Source: Minisyncoccota bacterium (GTDB taxonomy: Bacteria > Patescibacteriota > Minisyncoccia > UBA6257 > 02-FULL-45-10c). From it: a DNA stretch of 64,000 nt. The position numbers and the translations under genes are program-made. The notes under the pieces were generated by a model that had not been told where the DNA came from, made no database searches, and saw only the letters and a list, made by a program, of their open reading frames with translations. Location: positions 3,779-67,778 of the forward strand of contig JAQUPE010000003.1 of the NCBI GenBank assembly GCA_028716745.1. Direction: 5' to 3'. Below, piece by piece: positions 49,604 to 59,563 of the stretch (within the stretch, counting starts at the first letter, position 1; each line of letters starts with the position of its first letter).

Positions 49604-50440
49604 ATGAATAATAAAAAAATAGGAATTGCGGGCGTTGGGATGGTGGGAAAACAAGTAGAAAGATGGTTTGAGCCCAAGGAAAACCAGGTTTTTGTTTACG
49701 ATAAATTTCAAAAATTAGGATCTTTAGAGGATTTAAATAAGGCAGAGATTATATTTTTATGCCTTCCTACTCCTTATAGGGATAATAATGAAGAGGGCAC
49801 TGATTTAGATGCATTTAAAGAAGTAATAAGGTTTTTTAAAGAACCGAAAATTTTTGTAATAAAATCAACCGTACCAGTCGGTTCAACAGACAAGCTGCAA
49901 GAAGAATTTAGTCAGCATTATTTTTTGCATAGTCCGGAATTTCTTACGGAAGTTACAGCCTGGGACGATTTTTCCAAGCCTTATTTGCAGTTAATCGGAT
50001 ATACGGAAAAAAGCAAAAAATTAGCGGAAGGAATAATGGATATTCTGCCCAAGGGGGAGCAGTCATTTATTTCGTCCGCAAAAGTAACCGAGATGTTCAA
50101 GTTTATCCGCAATGTTTTCCCTTCAATAAAAATTATTTTTATGAATCTTATTTATGATTTGTGCGGACCTCTTGGAATTGAATACGATGAAGTTAAAAAA
50201 ATTATGGCAGCCGATAAATGGATAGGCACAAGCCATTTAGAAGTGGTTCATAAGGGGTATCGCGGTTTTGGCGGGAAATGCTTGCCGAAAGACTTAAGGA
50301 TGCTTATTAAATTATGCAAAAATAAAAAAGTTAAAGCGGATCTTTTGGAAATAGTAGACAAGGTAAATTATGATCTTTTGAAGGGACAGGGCCTTGAGAA
50401 GAAGCTTGAAGAATTCTGGCTAAACAATCATAATCAGTAG
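49604..50440 (+). CDS. UDP-glucose/GDP-mannose dehydrogenase family protein, short form
   Basis: GVGMVG, CLPTP, KSTVPVG, PEFL, GFGGKCLPKD; lacks the C-terminal UDP-binding domain. Confidence 0.82.
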   Translation: MNNKKIGIAGVGMVGKQVERWFEPKENQVFVYDKFQKLGSLEDLNKAEIIFLCLPTPYRDNNEEGTDLDAFKEVIRFFKEPKIFVIKSTVPVGSTDKLQEEFSQHYFLHSPEFLTEVTAWDDFSKPYLQLIGYTEKSKKLAEGIMDILPKGEQSFISSAKVTEMFKFIRNVFPSIKIIFMNLIYDLCGPLGIEYDEVKKIMAADKWIGTSHLEVVHKGYRGFGGKCLPKDLRMLIKLCKNKKVKADLLEIVDKVNYDLLKGQGLEKKLEEFWLNNHNQ

Positions 50441-50459
50441 GTTAATTAGATTTAAAACA

Positions 50460-52673
50460 ATGATTCAATCTTTAAAGCTAGAAAAAGCGATTTCTTGGAT
50501 GATTAAAATAGGATTATTTATTATTCCTTTTATACCGCTTCATGTTTCAAACAGCCTGATATTTCCTTATATTACCGGAAAAGCTTTTATTTTCCGCACA
50601 ATAGTGGAAATAGTTTTTGCTCTTTGGATTTTTCTGGCGGTTTTTTATAAGCAATATCGTCCTCAAAAGAATTTTCTTCTTATAGCAATAGGTACTTTAG
50701 TTTTTGTGGCGGCTTTAGCCACTATTTTTGGAGTAAATCCAGTGAAGAGCATGTGGTCAAATTTTGAGAGGATGGAGGGGCTGATCACTTATTTGCATTT
50801 GTTCGCTTATTTTCTTGTTATGGGAAGCGTTTTGCAGAAAAGTGATTGGACAATATTGTTTAATTTTTTTGTGGCCGGCGGGTTGTTTGAAGGCGTTTAT
50901 TCTTTTTTCCAAAAACTGGAAGTATTGGTTCCACGTTCGTTTCAGGGCGGTTTCAGGGTAGACGGCACAATCGGCAATCCTTCTTATTTGGCCGCTTATT
51001 TGATGTTTGTTTTCGGTTTTTGCGTTTTGCTATGGATTAATGCCAAGAAAAAATCTTCCAAATATTATTATGCGTTTGCCGGCCTTTTTACTTTATTAAT
51101 TATCTTTTTTACGGCAAGCCGCGGACCAGCGCTCGGAATTATAATGGGAGCTTTTCTGGCCGGACTTCTGTATTTGATATTTAAGAAAAGCATTACTGAC
51201 AAAGAACGGACCTATAAGAAGGTAGCGGTTATTTTATTGGTTTTATTGGCGGCAATTATCGGTTCTTTGTTGCTATTAAAAGATTCTAAATTTGTTAAGA
51301 GCAGTGAAATTCTTGCCAGGCTTACATCTTTATCATTTACGGAGAGAACTATTTCTGCGCGTTTTACAATTTGGGGGATGAGCTGGCAGGGAGTTAAAGA
51401 GAGGCCTGTTTTGGGCTGGGGGCCGGAAAACTACGGAGTTGTTTTTTCCAAGTATTATCAGCCGGAGCTTTGGTGGCAGGAACCGTGGTTTGACAGGGCC
51501 CACAATGTTGTTTTTGACTGGCTGATAAGCGCGGGAATTTTGGGACTACTTAGTTATCTAAGTATTTTTGCCACAGCTCTTTATTATTTATGGAAGAACT
51601 ATTCTAAAAAAATAGTATTTTTTGAAGAAACACTTCTTATAACTTCCTTGTTTTTCGCTTATTTTTTCCAGAATTTGTTTATATTTGATAATATATCAAC
51701 TTATATTTGTTTCTTCGCCATTCTTTCTTACATATACAGCGTTTCTACTTCCGAAAGATTTGAAGCGCCTAAATCGAATTCTTCTTTGGACGCAAATAAT
51801 GTTTTTTTGGTAGGCGGATTACTGGCGATTTCTTTGGTTTTGGCTGTCTATTTTATTAATATCAAGACCTATATATCAAATCGCAGCCTGCTTGAAACCT
51901 TAAAGTATCAGAGCCAATACAGCGATTTGCCTATTTCTTTCGATTATTTTAATAAGGCTTTTAAAAACGATGTTTTAAATGCTCCGGAAATAAAAGAGCA
52001 ATTAATAAAGTTTGCCGTTGGAGTAAATAGTTTGCCGGCAGCGGATGAGGCTTTTAAGGCTGAGGTTGTCAAAAAAGCGATTGAAGAAGGAAAGAAGATG
52101 GTAGAACAAGATTATCTTGAGCCCCGTTCATATTTATTTTATGGGAACGCTTTAATGGCCGGAAAAGAATTTAAAGAAGCAGAAGAAATATTTAATAAGG
52201 CAATTGAACTTTCTCCAAAAAAGCAGCAGATATATTTTGAGTTATCGGATGTTTTTGTTTATAGAGGCGATTATAAGAGCGCAATTCCATTTTTAGAAGT
52301 AGCTTATAATCTTGATACTCGTTTTGAAATGGCCAGAATTAATTTGGCGGCTATATATATTTCGGCTGGCGAGGTGGAAAAAGCGGAAAAATTATTGATG
52401 GATGCTTACGGAACGATTGCGGTTCCTCATGAAATAATAGGCGCGGCATATGCAAAGATAAAAAGTTATGACAAGAGCATAGCCGTTTGGAAATTAGTTA
52501 AAGAAAGCGATCCTACTAGTTTGCGATACAGGAAAACCTTGGCGGGGATTTATAATTTAGCCGGTCAAAAGGAAAATGCGATAAAAGAAATTGAGGAAGC
52601 GATAGCGGCATTCCCGGAGTTTAAAGCGGCAGGAACTACATATATTGAACAGATAAAATCGGGCAAGATCTAA
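50460..52673 (+). CDS. O-antigen ligase/O-oligosaccharyltransferase-like protein with C-terminal TPRs
   Basis: GTIGNPSYLA, TASRG, GWGPENY, DRAHN (Wzy_C His motif); TPR-like tail. Confidence 0.85.
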   Translation: MIQSLKLEKAISWMIKIGLFIIPFIPLHVSNSLIFPYITGKAFIFRTIVEIVFALWIFLAVFYKQYRPQKNFLLIAIGTLVFVAALATIFGVNPVKSMWSNFERMEGLITYLHLFAYFLVMGSVLQKSDWTILFNFFVAGGLFEGVYSFFQKLEVLVPRSFQGGFRVDGTIGNPSYLAAYLMFVFGFCVLLWINAKKKSSKYYYAFAGLFTLLIIFFTASRGPALGIIMGAFLAGLLYLIFKKSITDKERTYKKVAVILLVLLAAIIGSLLLLKDSKFVKSSEILARLTSLSFTERTISARFTIWGMSWQGVKERPVLGWGPENYGVVFSKYYQPELWWQEPWFDRAHNVVFDWLISAGILGLLSYLSIFATALYYLWKNYSKKIVFFEETLLITSLFFAYFFQNLFIFDNISTYICFFAILSYIYSVSTSERFEAPKSNSSLDANNVFLVGGLLAISLVLAVYFINIKTYISNRSLLETLKYQSQYSDLPISFDYFNKAFKNDVLNAPEIKEQLIKFAVGVNSLPAADEAFKAEVVKKAIEEGKKMVEQDYLEPRSYLFYGNALMAGKEFKEAEEIFNKAIELSPKKQQIYFELSDVFVYRGDYKSAIPFLEVAYNLDTRFEMARINLAAIYISAGEVEKAEKLLMDAYGTIAVPHEIIGAAYAKIKSYDKSIAVWKLVKESDPTSLRYRKTLAGIYNLAGQKENAIKEIEEAIAAFPEFKAAGTTYIEQIKSGKI

Positions 52674-54118
52674 ATTTGTTTTCTAAACAGAACACCCAAG
52701 AGTTCTTCACCTTGAATTTTCAGCAATGAGAAGTATATTATTGACGTTAAAATTATATTTATTACAACGTTCATGTCGAAGCTCCAGAACAACATGGTCA
52801 GCGGAGCGGTTACGACCGAAGCGATTATTATTTTTTTAATTCTGCCCATAATATGGAATTCATTTATGGAATTCATTTTAATCCAAACAAAAGCATTGGC
52901 GGTAATTTGAGTAATAACCGTTGATAATGCAGCGCCGGCAATTCCCCAAATAGGAATAAAAAGAAAATTAAATATGACATTGCCTGTGGCTCCGAGCAGT
53001 GAATAAGTAATAAGATTTTTTTGTTTGTTGTAGGCGAGAAGAGAATTATTGATAATAACGGAAGGAAAAACAATAATGAGGGTCAGGCATAATACTTTGA
53101 AAGCAGATATTGCCGGAGAATAATCATTTCCGAACAGAAGGGCTATTATTTGGTTTCCTAAGATTATTCCACCCATTAGCATCGGGATAGATATCAGAAG
53201 CGAGGCGGCCAATCCCTTTTCTAAAATCAATCGGAATCTGGTTTTTTCAAGAACGGCTCTTGATAAGACCGGGAATAGGCTGGTTGCAAATAGGCTTGCC
53301 GCAACATAAAGCAATTGGATTGGTTTTTGGGCAGCGGAATAAAAGCCGACTTCTTCCGGGGAACGTAGCCAGCCGAGCATTATTAAATCGGTGTTTATCA
53401 TTATGGCCCCCAAGAAACTTGATAGGGCGAAAGGAATTGAGGCGGAAAGAATTGATTTGATAATTTTATTATCGAAATGATGAGCCGCCTCCATAAAATA
53501 TTTTTTAAGGGTGAAAAAGGTAAAAGAGAATCCGATCATTGTTCCGACAAGATAGGCAAATGCCAGATTGTAGCTGCTGGGGCGATAAATTAAAAAGAAA
53601 AATCCTAAACCAATAATAGCTAAATTGGTAAGAATTTCATTGAGCGCCTCCATTTGCATCCGTTGCTGGGACCGGCTGATAGAAAATCCGAAATTTCTTA
53701 AGCTATCAAAAACCAGCATTATGGCTATAACAGGAAGAAGGGCTACGGCTTCGTTTATTTTTGAAATGTATGGGGCGGCGACAATTAAAAATATCGATCC
53801 TAAAGACAAAAGAATTATTTTAAAAAGAAAGGCGGTGGAAAAATATTTTTTGCTTAACAGAGGATCTTTGGATGATTCCCGGGTGACGATGGCCGTAAGG
53901 CCGATATCGGTAAAAATAAGAAGAAATGCCGACAAGCTCATGACATAAGAAAATGCTCCCCAGCTGGCCGGTCCGAGGATCCTGGCGGCAAAAATAACCA
54001 AAGAGGCTCTGGTTAATTGGCCTACTATTTTTCCGCTAAAAAGCCAGAATGTGTTTTTTGCTACTGTTTGAGCGGTGCTTTTATTGTGGAAAAGAAATTC
54101 TTTTATTTTTGTAACCAT
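52670..54118 (-). CDS. Wzx-like flippase
   Basis: KNTFWL, ARILGP..WGAFS, DLIMLG..VGFYSAA, WGIAGAA. Confidence 0.88.
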   Translation of the reverse strand: MVTKIKEFLFHNKSTAQTVAKNTFWLFSGKIVGQLTRASLVIFAARILGPASWGAFSYVMSLSAFLLIFTDIGLTAIVTRESSKDPLLSKKYFSTAFLFKIILLSLGSIFLIVAAPYISKINEAVALLPVIAIMLVFDSLRNFGFSISRSQQRMQMEALNEILTNLAIIGLGFFFLIYRPSSYNLAFAYLVGTMIGFSFTFFTLKKYFMEAAHHFDNKIIKSILSASIPFALSSFLGAIMINTDLIMLGWLRSPEEVGFYSAAQKPIQLLYVAASLFATSLFPVLSRAVLEKTRFRLILEKGLAASLLISIPMLMGGIILGNQIIALLFGNDYSPAISAFKVLCLTLIIVFPSVIINNSLLAYNKQKNLITYSLLGATGNVIFNFLFIPIWGIAGAALSTVITQITANAFVWIKMNSINEFHIMGRIKKIIIASVVTAPLTMLFWSFDMNVVINIILTSIIYFSLLKIQGEELLGVLFRKQI

Positions 54119-54174
54119 GCTAAAAATTGCTTGTTATATAATATGATAGATACAATTAATATATATAACAAATT

Positions 54175-55131
54175 ATGAAATATATAGTTACCGGAGGGGC
54201 AGGATTTATAGGTTCCAACTTAGTCGATCGTTTAATAGAAAACGGGCACGAAGTAACGGTTATTGATAATTTAAGCACGGGCAGGAAAGAAAATATCAAT
54301 CCAAGGGCTAATTTTTTACAGCTGGACATTACCGATGAGAAATCAATAGAGCCATTTTTTAAAGGAATTGACGGCATATTTCATTTGGCGGCGATGGCGC
54401 GCATCCAGCCGTCTTTTGAAAATCCCGATCTTTATTTCAGGGTTAATGTTTTGGGCACCCGCAATATTTTAGAAGCGGCTAAAAAGAACGGAGTAAAAAG
54501 AGTAGTTTATTCAGCTTCTTCCTCGGCTTATGGAGATAGCGATGTGCTGCCGCTTAGAGAAAATTTTAAAGTTCCGGCGCAGGCATTGAATCCTTATGCT
54601 TCGACAAAACGTATTGGAGAAATGCTGATGGTGGATTTAGGAAAATTAACGGGAGGGCCGGAAACTGTTTGTTTGAGATATTTTAATGTTTTTGGACCAA
54701 GGCAATCGACTTTAGCTGACGGGCCATACGCGCTCGTGGTTGGGATTTTTTTGGGGCTTAAAAATCAAGGTAAGCCGATGACGATTGTTCCGGACGGACA
54801 TCAAAGAAGGGCATTCACTTGGGTCAATGACGTGGCGGAGGCGAATATGGCGGCAATGAATTCCCAAAAAGTTGGAAATGGAGAAATTATAAATATCGGC
54901 TCGGGCGTAAGCTATTCAATTTGGGATATAGCAAAATTGGTTTTGGAGTCTCCTAATGCAACTCCGGAACAATTAATTTCTAGCGGCAAATGTGTTTTAG
55001 CTCCAAAACGCCAGGGAGAAGTAAAAGAAACCGTTGCAGACATTTCCAAGGCAAAAGATTTATTGGGATGGGAGCCAAAAATGAATTTTCCCGACGGCAT
55101 CAAGAAATTATTGGAGGCTGATAAAAAATAA
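54175..55131 (+). CDS. NAD-dependent nucleotide-sugar epimerase/dehydratase
   Basis: [30 protein letters not shown]. Confidence 0.9.
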   Translation: MKYIVTGGAGFIGSNLVDRLIENGHEVTVIDNLSTGRKENINPRANFLQLDITDEKSIEPFFKGIDGIFHLAAMARIQPSFENPDLYFRVNVLGTRNILEAAKKNGVKRVVYSASSSAYGDSDVLPLRENFKVPAQALNPYASTKRIGEMLMVDLGKLTGGPETVCLRYFNVFGPRQSTLADGPYALVVGIFLGLKNQGKPMTIVPDGHQRRAFTWVNDVAEANMAAMNSQKVGNGEIINIGSGVSYSIWDIAKLVLESPNATPEQLISSGKCVLAPKRQGEVKETVADISKAKDLLGWEPKMNFPDGIKKLLEADKK

Positions 55132-55143
55132 CTTTAGGCAAAA

Positions 55144-56484
55144 TTAGGAGTGATTGGTCAGCAAGAATTTCAAAGTTTTTAAAAGTATTTCTGCGTCTAA
55201 AATAACAGATTTGTTTTTAATGTAATAAATATCGTGCTGGACTTTTTCGTAGGTGTCTTCAACAGAGGCGCCATAGCGGAAGTTTATCTGCGCCCAACCC
55301 GTGATTCCCGGCTTAACCAAAAGCCTTAGTTCGTAATAGGGCACTTGTTTGCGCAAATCAGCGACAAATTCAGGGCGTTCCGGCCTTGGGCCTATAAATG
55401 AGGCATCTCCCTTAATAACGTTTACAAGCTGGAGCAGTTCATCCAGATGGGTTTTCCTGAGTATTTTTCCTATCGGCGTGGCTCTTTTATCGCTGAAATA
55501 ATTTGCCCATTGCGGTCCGTCTTTTTCGGCGTCCTCATACATGGTTCTAAATTTATAAATCGTAAAATTTTCTTCTTTTTGGCCGACTCTTGTTTGCTTG
55601 AAAACAGCAGGCCCCTTGGAGGTTGTTTTTATTAAAATAGTAATCAGAAGAAAAAGAGGCGATAGAATAGCAAACAGAATTAATGCAGAAATTCTTTCAA
55701 TCGGTTCTTTTATTAAATCGTATATTTTATGCCTTTGGGAAAGATTTTCCAAAAACCAAACCTCTTCCAATTCGGCGAGCGGAACCTTTTTAAAAACAGA
55801 TTCGTAAAAAGTGGAAAGATCAACTACTTCAATTCCCAAAACCAGAGTTTTATAAATTAATTTCGCCGATTCATAATCTTTTTTAAGGTGAGCCGGAATT
55901 ACAATGGTGCTTATATCATTGGAAAGTATTATTTGGGAAAGATGTTCGAATTCTTTATCGCTTAGTCCTTCTTTCATCCAAAATTTTACCTGATAGCCTA
56001 GCTGAGGATTATTATTTATATGATTGATTATTTCTCCCGCAGTGTCGTTGGAGCCGACAATCATTATTTTTGTAGTTGTTCCGGTTTCTCCCAAGATGGC
56101 GTTGAATCCGCGGCGCCATAAAAAGTTGATAACTGCGAATATAATGGAAAACAAAATCAGGTTTGTTTTTGGAGTAATTTCAAAATAAGGAACGGTATAG
56201 AAGAATAAGAAAGAAATAATTAAATTAAAGATTATTGCGTAAAGAAAAGATTTTTGAAATTCCAGGTTGTTTTTTAAAGATTTAAGGTCATAAAGCCCAG
56301 CTATATAAAAAACGATTACCCAGACTACGAACATAATAGTGAACGGTTCTAAGTGGAAGGTTATGAGCTGAAAATAGAAGAACTTGCCGTATCTTAATAA
56401 AAGAGTAATTAAAAGAGAGGCGTATAACACGAATACATCGCCTGTTAGGAGGGAAATCTGTTTTATTTTAGAAAATGGATTCAT
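55144..56484 (-). CDS. Priming polyprenyl-phosphate sugar phosphotransferase (WcaJ/WbaP family)
   Basis: N-terminal TM helices; KFRTM, LDELLQL, GPRPERP, KPGITGWAQ, DIYYIKN. Confidence 0.9.
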   Translation of the reverse strand: MNPFSKIKQISLLTGDVFVLYASLLITLLLRYGKFFYFQLITFHLEPFTIMFVVWVIVFYIAGLYDLKSLKNNLEFQKSFLYAIIFNLIISFLFFYTVPYFEITPKTNLILFSIIFAVINFLWRRGFNAILGETGTTTKIMIVGSNDTAGEIINHINNNPQLGYQVKFWMKEGLSDKEFEHLSQIILSNDISTIVIPAHLKKDYESAKLIYKTLVLGIEVVDLSTFYESVFKKVPLAELEEVWFLENLSQRHKIYDLIKEPIERISALILFAILSPLFLLITILIKTTSKGPAVFKQTRVGQKEENFTIYKFRTMYEDAEKDGPQWANYFSDKRATPIGKILRKTHLDELLQLVNVIKGDASFIGPRPERPEFVADLRKQVPYYELRLLVKPGITGWAQINFRYGASVEDTYEKVQHDIYYIKNKSVILDAEILLKTLKFLLTNHS

Positions 56485-56546
56485 GGGCTTGATTTTTATT
56501 TTGACGTTTCATATCATTATAGAACAAATTAATCGTAAGTAAATTT

Positions 56547-57287
56547 ATGGATACCAATAATATTAATACCCCCAAAAAAGACTTTTTGTTACCCGCCAGC
56601 ATTTTAATTGCGGGAATTTTAGTGGCCGGTTCGGTTATTTATAGCACAGGATTAAAAACCTCTGGAACTGGAGGAACAGCCAATATCCAGCAGGTTGTTG
56701 CGGGAGATGCCGCAAAATTAGAAAAAGACGATCCGGTAATAGGAGACGCAAAAGCTCCAGTTACAGTGATAATTTATTCAGATCCTTCTTGCCCTTTTTG
56801 CGGCGCAGCTGCAGGCCAGAACAAGGAAGTTATGGATTATTTAAAACAGCGGATGCCGACATGGACTGCCGCTGTTCCTGGAATAATGGAAGAATATGTA
56901 AAAACGGGAAAAGTCAGGTTGGCGTTCAGATATTTTCCGGGACATGGAAAGGGGGTGGAGGCGATGAAGATGATGCTTTGCGCGAACGATCAGGGAAAAT
57001 TCTGGGAAGTGCATGATAAATTTTTTGCCAATCAGCCTTTGATGGAAAATGGACAGAACGACAAGTTGAAAGAATTAATGGCGGGAATGGGACTGGATAT
57101 GAATAAAATTAATTCTTGCCTTACCAGCAAAAAGTATGATTCAAAGCTGGATAAAGATACGGCTTCGGGGAAGGCGCTTAACATTCAGGGAACTCCGGCG
57201 CTTGTCATTAACGGACAGAAAATGGAAGAAGGAGCTCAGCCTTTTGCCGCGGTTAAAGAGATTATCGATGGTTTGTTAAAAAAATAA
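56547..57287 (+). CDS. DsbA/BdbD-like thioredoxin-fold protein
   Basis: N-terminal TM helix, IGDAKAPVT, CPFC, GTP cis-Pro loop. Confidence 0.85.
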   Translation: MDTNNINTPKKDFLLPASILIAGILVAGSVIYSTGLKTSGTGGTANIQQVVAGDAAKLEKDDPVIGDAKAPVTVIIYSDPSCPFCGAAAGQNKEVMDYLKQRMPTWTAAVPGIMEEYVKTGKVRLAFRYFPGHGKGVEAMKMMLCANDQGKFWEVHDKFFANQPLMENGQNDKLKELMAGMGLDMNKINSCLTSKKYDSKLDKDTASGKALNIQGTPALVINGQKMEEGAQPFAAVKEIIDGLLKK

Positions 57288-57299
57288 TATTTAATTTTT

Positions 57300-57330
57300 C
57301 CGTTCCGACAAAATCGGAACGGTTTTAGTT
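57300..57330 (+). terminator. Intrinsic terminator
   Basis: CCGTTCCGA-CAAAA-TCGGAACGG followed by TTTT. Confidence 0.7.
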
Positions 57331-57352
57331 TGATATAATATTTTGTATAAAT

Positions 57353-57514
57353 ATGAAGTGGATTAATCAGGGACAATTGATTTTGGGATTGTGGATATTG
57401 GCTTCGCCGTGGATTTTGGGATTTTCTTTTGCCAATTCGGCTTTGTGGAATAACGTGATTATCGGAACATTGCTGATAATTTTGTCTTTAAGAGAAATTT
57501 TAGAAGAGAATTAA
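57353..57514 (+). CDS. SPW-repeat small membrane protein (53 aa; absent from the ORF track)
   Basis: Manual translation MKWINQGQLILGLWILASPWILGFSFANSALWNNVIIGTLLIILSLREILEEN contains the GLW..ASPWILGF...WNNVI.G pattern. Confidence 0.8.
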   Translation: MKWINQGQLILGLWILASPWILGFSFANSALWNNVIIGTLLIILSLREILEEN

Positions 57515-57526
57515 AATAATAAAATA

Positions 57527-57766
57527 ATGTCAAATAAAAAAGTTAAAATTTATTCAACGCCAGCCTGTATTTATTGCAAAATGGCAAAGGATTTTCTTAA
57601 AAGAAATAATATTGAGTATGAGGAGCATAATGTGGCGGAGGACAGCGCAGCTAGAGAGGAAATGGAAAAGAAATCCCACCAGTTAGGAGTGCCGGTGATT
57701 GAGATTGATGGAGAGGTTTTTGTAGGCTTTAATAGAGGCGATATCCAGCAGGCGCTGGGGCTTTAA
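57527..57766 (+). CDS. Glutaredoxin/NrdH-like redoxin
   Basis: YSTPACIYC, GVPVIEI, VGFN. Confidence 0.88.
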   Translation: MSNKKVKIYSTPACIYCKMAKDFLKRNNIEYEEHNVAEDSAAREEMEKKSHQLGVPVIEIDGEVFVGFNRGDIQQALGL

Positions 57767-57773
57767 TAAATTT

Positions 57774-58706
57774 ATGGTGGACTTGGTGATCATAGGAGGC
57801 GGACCTGCGGGAGTGACGGCAGGCGTTTATGCCGCTAGAAAGAAAATGAAAGCGGTTTTAATTACCGATAATTTTGGCGGGCAATCAATAGTTTCCGAGG
57901 ATATTCAGAATTGGATAGGCATTAAATCAATCGCAGGCTTTGATTTAGCGCGAGATTTAGAAGATCAGCTTCGCGCGCAGAAAGGACTGGAGATTATTGA
58001 TGGAGACTTGGTTGTTAAAGTTGAAAAAGCCGGAGAGGGTTTTGCTGTTTCAACTCAAAGAGGAAAAACAATTGAGACAAAAACAATTTTAGTTTGTTCG
58101 GGAAGCGGAAGAAGAAAATTAGGAGTGAAGGGAGAGGGTCCGCTTAATGGCAAGGGGGTAGCTTATTGTTCAATTTGCGATGCCCCGCTTTTTAAAGACA
58201 AAATTGTTGCTGTAATCGGCGGAGGAAATGCCGGTTTGGAGTCGGTCAGGGATTTATTGCAATACTCCAAAAAGATTTATTTGATGGAATTTTTGGATGT
58301 TATTAAGGGCGATGCCGTAACATTTGAAAATATTAAAAAAGATCCGAAAGTGGAAGTAATAATGTCGGCAGCGGTTCAGGAAATTTTAGGGGATAATTTA
58401 GTGAGCGGTTTGAAATATCAGGATAGGAAGACAAACGAGATAAAGGAGCTGAAGCTTGACGGAGTTTTTGTGGAAATCGGTTCTACGCCCAGCGCGGATT
58501 TTTTGGGAGATTTAGTTCAGAAGAATCAATATAAAGAAATAACGGTTGATTGCCTGACCCAGAAAACTTCGCAGGAGGGTATTTGGGCGGCTGGAGATGT
58601 TTCTTCGGGATTATATAAACAGAATAATATTGCGGTAGGCGACGCCTGCAAGGCGGTGCTGAATATTTACGATTACTTGTCCAGCCAAGATATCGGCAAA
58701 AAGTAA
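57774..58706 (+). CDS. trxB: Thioredoxin reductase (TrxB/AhpF C-terminal-like)
   Basis: GGGPAG, GVAYCSICDAP, GGGNAG, WAAGD. Confidence 0.85.
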   Translation: MVDLVIIGGGPAGVTAGVYAARKKMKAVLITDNFGGQSIVSEDIQNWIGIKSIAGFDLARDLEDQLRAQKGLEIIDGDLVVKVEKAGEGFAVSTQRGKTIETKTILVCSGSGRRKLGVKGEGPLNGKGVAYCSICDAPLFKDKIVAVIGGGNAGLESVRDLLQYSKKIYLMEFLDVIKGDAVTFENIKKDPKVEVIMSAAVQEILGDNLVSGLKYQDRKTNEIKELKLDGVFVEIGSTPSADFLGDLVQKNQYKEITVDCLTQKTSQEGIWAAGDVSSGLYKQNNIAVGDACKAVLNIYDYLSSQDIGKK

Positions 58707-58729
58707 GTTTTTGTTTTGGAAATTTAGGG

Positions 58730-58752
58730 TGCGGTTCATAGCCGCATTTTTT
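58730..58752 (+). terminator. Intrinsic terminator
   Basis: TGCGGTT-CAT-AGCCGCA followed by T6. Confidence 0.6.
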
Positions 58753-58768
58753 GTTTTATAATAAAGGA

Positions 58769-58987
58769 ATGAGAATTACTGTTAAGGCAAAGCCAAATGC
58801 CAAGGAGCGGAAGGTGGAGAAAATATCGGATACGGAATATAAAGTTTCGGTAAAAGAGCCGGCCAAACAAGGCAAGGCGAATTACGCTGTTCTTGAAGCT
58901 ATAGCGGAACATTTTAATGTTGGAATATCTCACGTGCGGATTGTTTCAGGACTGACCGCAAAAAATAAAATTGTAGAAATTATATAA
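58769..58987 (+). CDS. DUF167 (YggU/UPF0235) protein
   Basis: VKAKPNAK, PAKQGKAN, IVSGLTAKNK; start reassigned to ATG 58769. Confidence 0.85.
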   Translation: MRITVKAKPNAKERKVEKISDTEYKVSVKEPAKQGKANYAVLEAIAEHFNVGISHVRIVSGLTAKNKIVEII

Positions 58988-58994
58988 TTTATTT

Positions 58995-59528
58995 ATGAAT
59001 ATTTATTATACCGGCAAGGGAGATAAAGGAAAAAGTTTTGTATGCCATCAGACAATGGCGAAAACTTCCGCGGGAATGGAGGCGATGGGGGAGCTCGACG
59101 AATTGAATAGTTTAATCGGCTTGATAAGAAGCCAAAAAGCTCCGGCTGATATAAAAAATATATTAAAAGCAATCCAGGAAAATTTATTTTTGATCCAGGC
59201 GAATGTGGCGCGTATGGTTTTTAAAGAGAAATTTGCGGTTCCTGTTTTAAATAAGGACATAGTTAAAAAAATGGAAAAAGTCATTGATTTGTATGCCGGA
59301 AAATTGGGAACGCAGAAAGGGTTTATTGTTTCTGGCGAAAATGAATTATCGGCTTGGCTGGATTACGCGCGCGCTGTTGCCAGAAGAACCGAAAGGAGTA
59401 TTCTGGGGCTAAAGAAGGCAGACGCGGTTATTTTGGCCTATTTGAACAGATTATCCAGCCTGTTGTTCGTTTTAGCCAGGGCTGTTTCAAAGAGGTATAA
59501 TAAGAAAGAGGCTAACCCCTCATATTAA
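58995..59528 (+). CDS. pduO: ATP:cob(I)alamin adenosyltransferase (PduO type)
   Basis: YTGKGDKG, GELDELNSLIG, ARAVARRTER, YLNRLSSLLFVLAR. Confidence 0.88.
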   Translation: MNIYYTGKGDKGKSFVCHQTMAKTSAGMEAMGELDELNSLIGLIRSQKAPADIKNILKAIQENLFLIQANVARMVFKEKFAVPVLNKDIVKKMEKVIDLYAGKLGTQKGFIVSGENELSAWLDYARAVARRTERSILGLKKADAVILAYLNRLSSLLFVLARAVSKRYNKKEANPSY

Positions 59529-59563
59529 TTAAAGAGTCGAAAATAAAAATTAAATATAAAATT

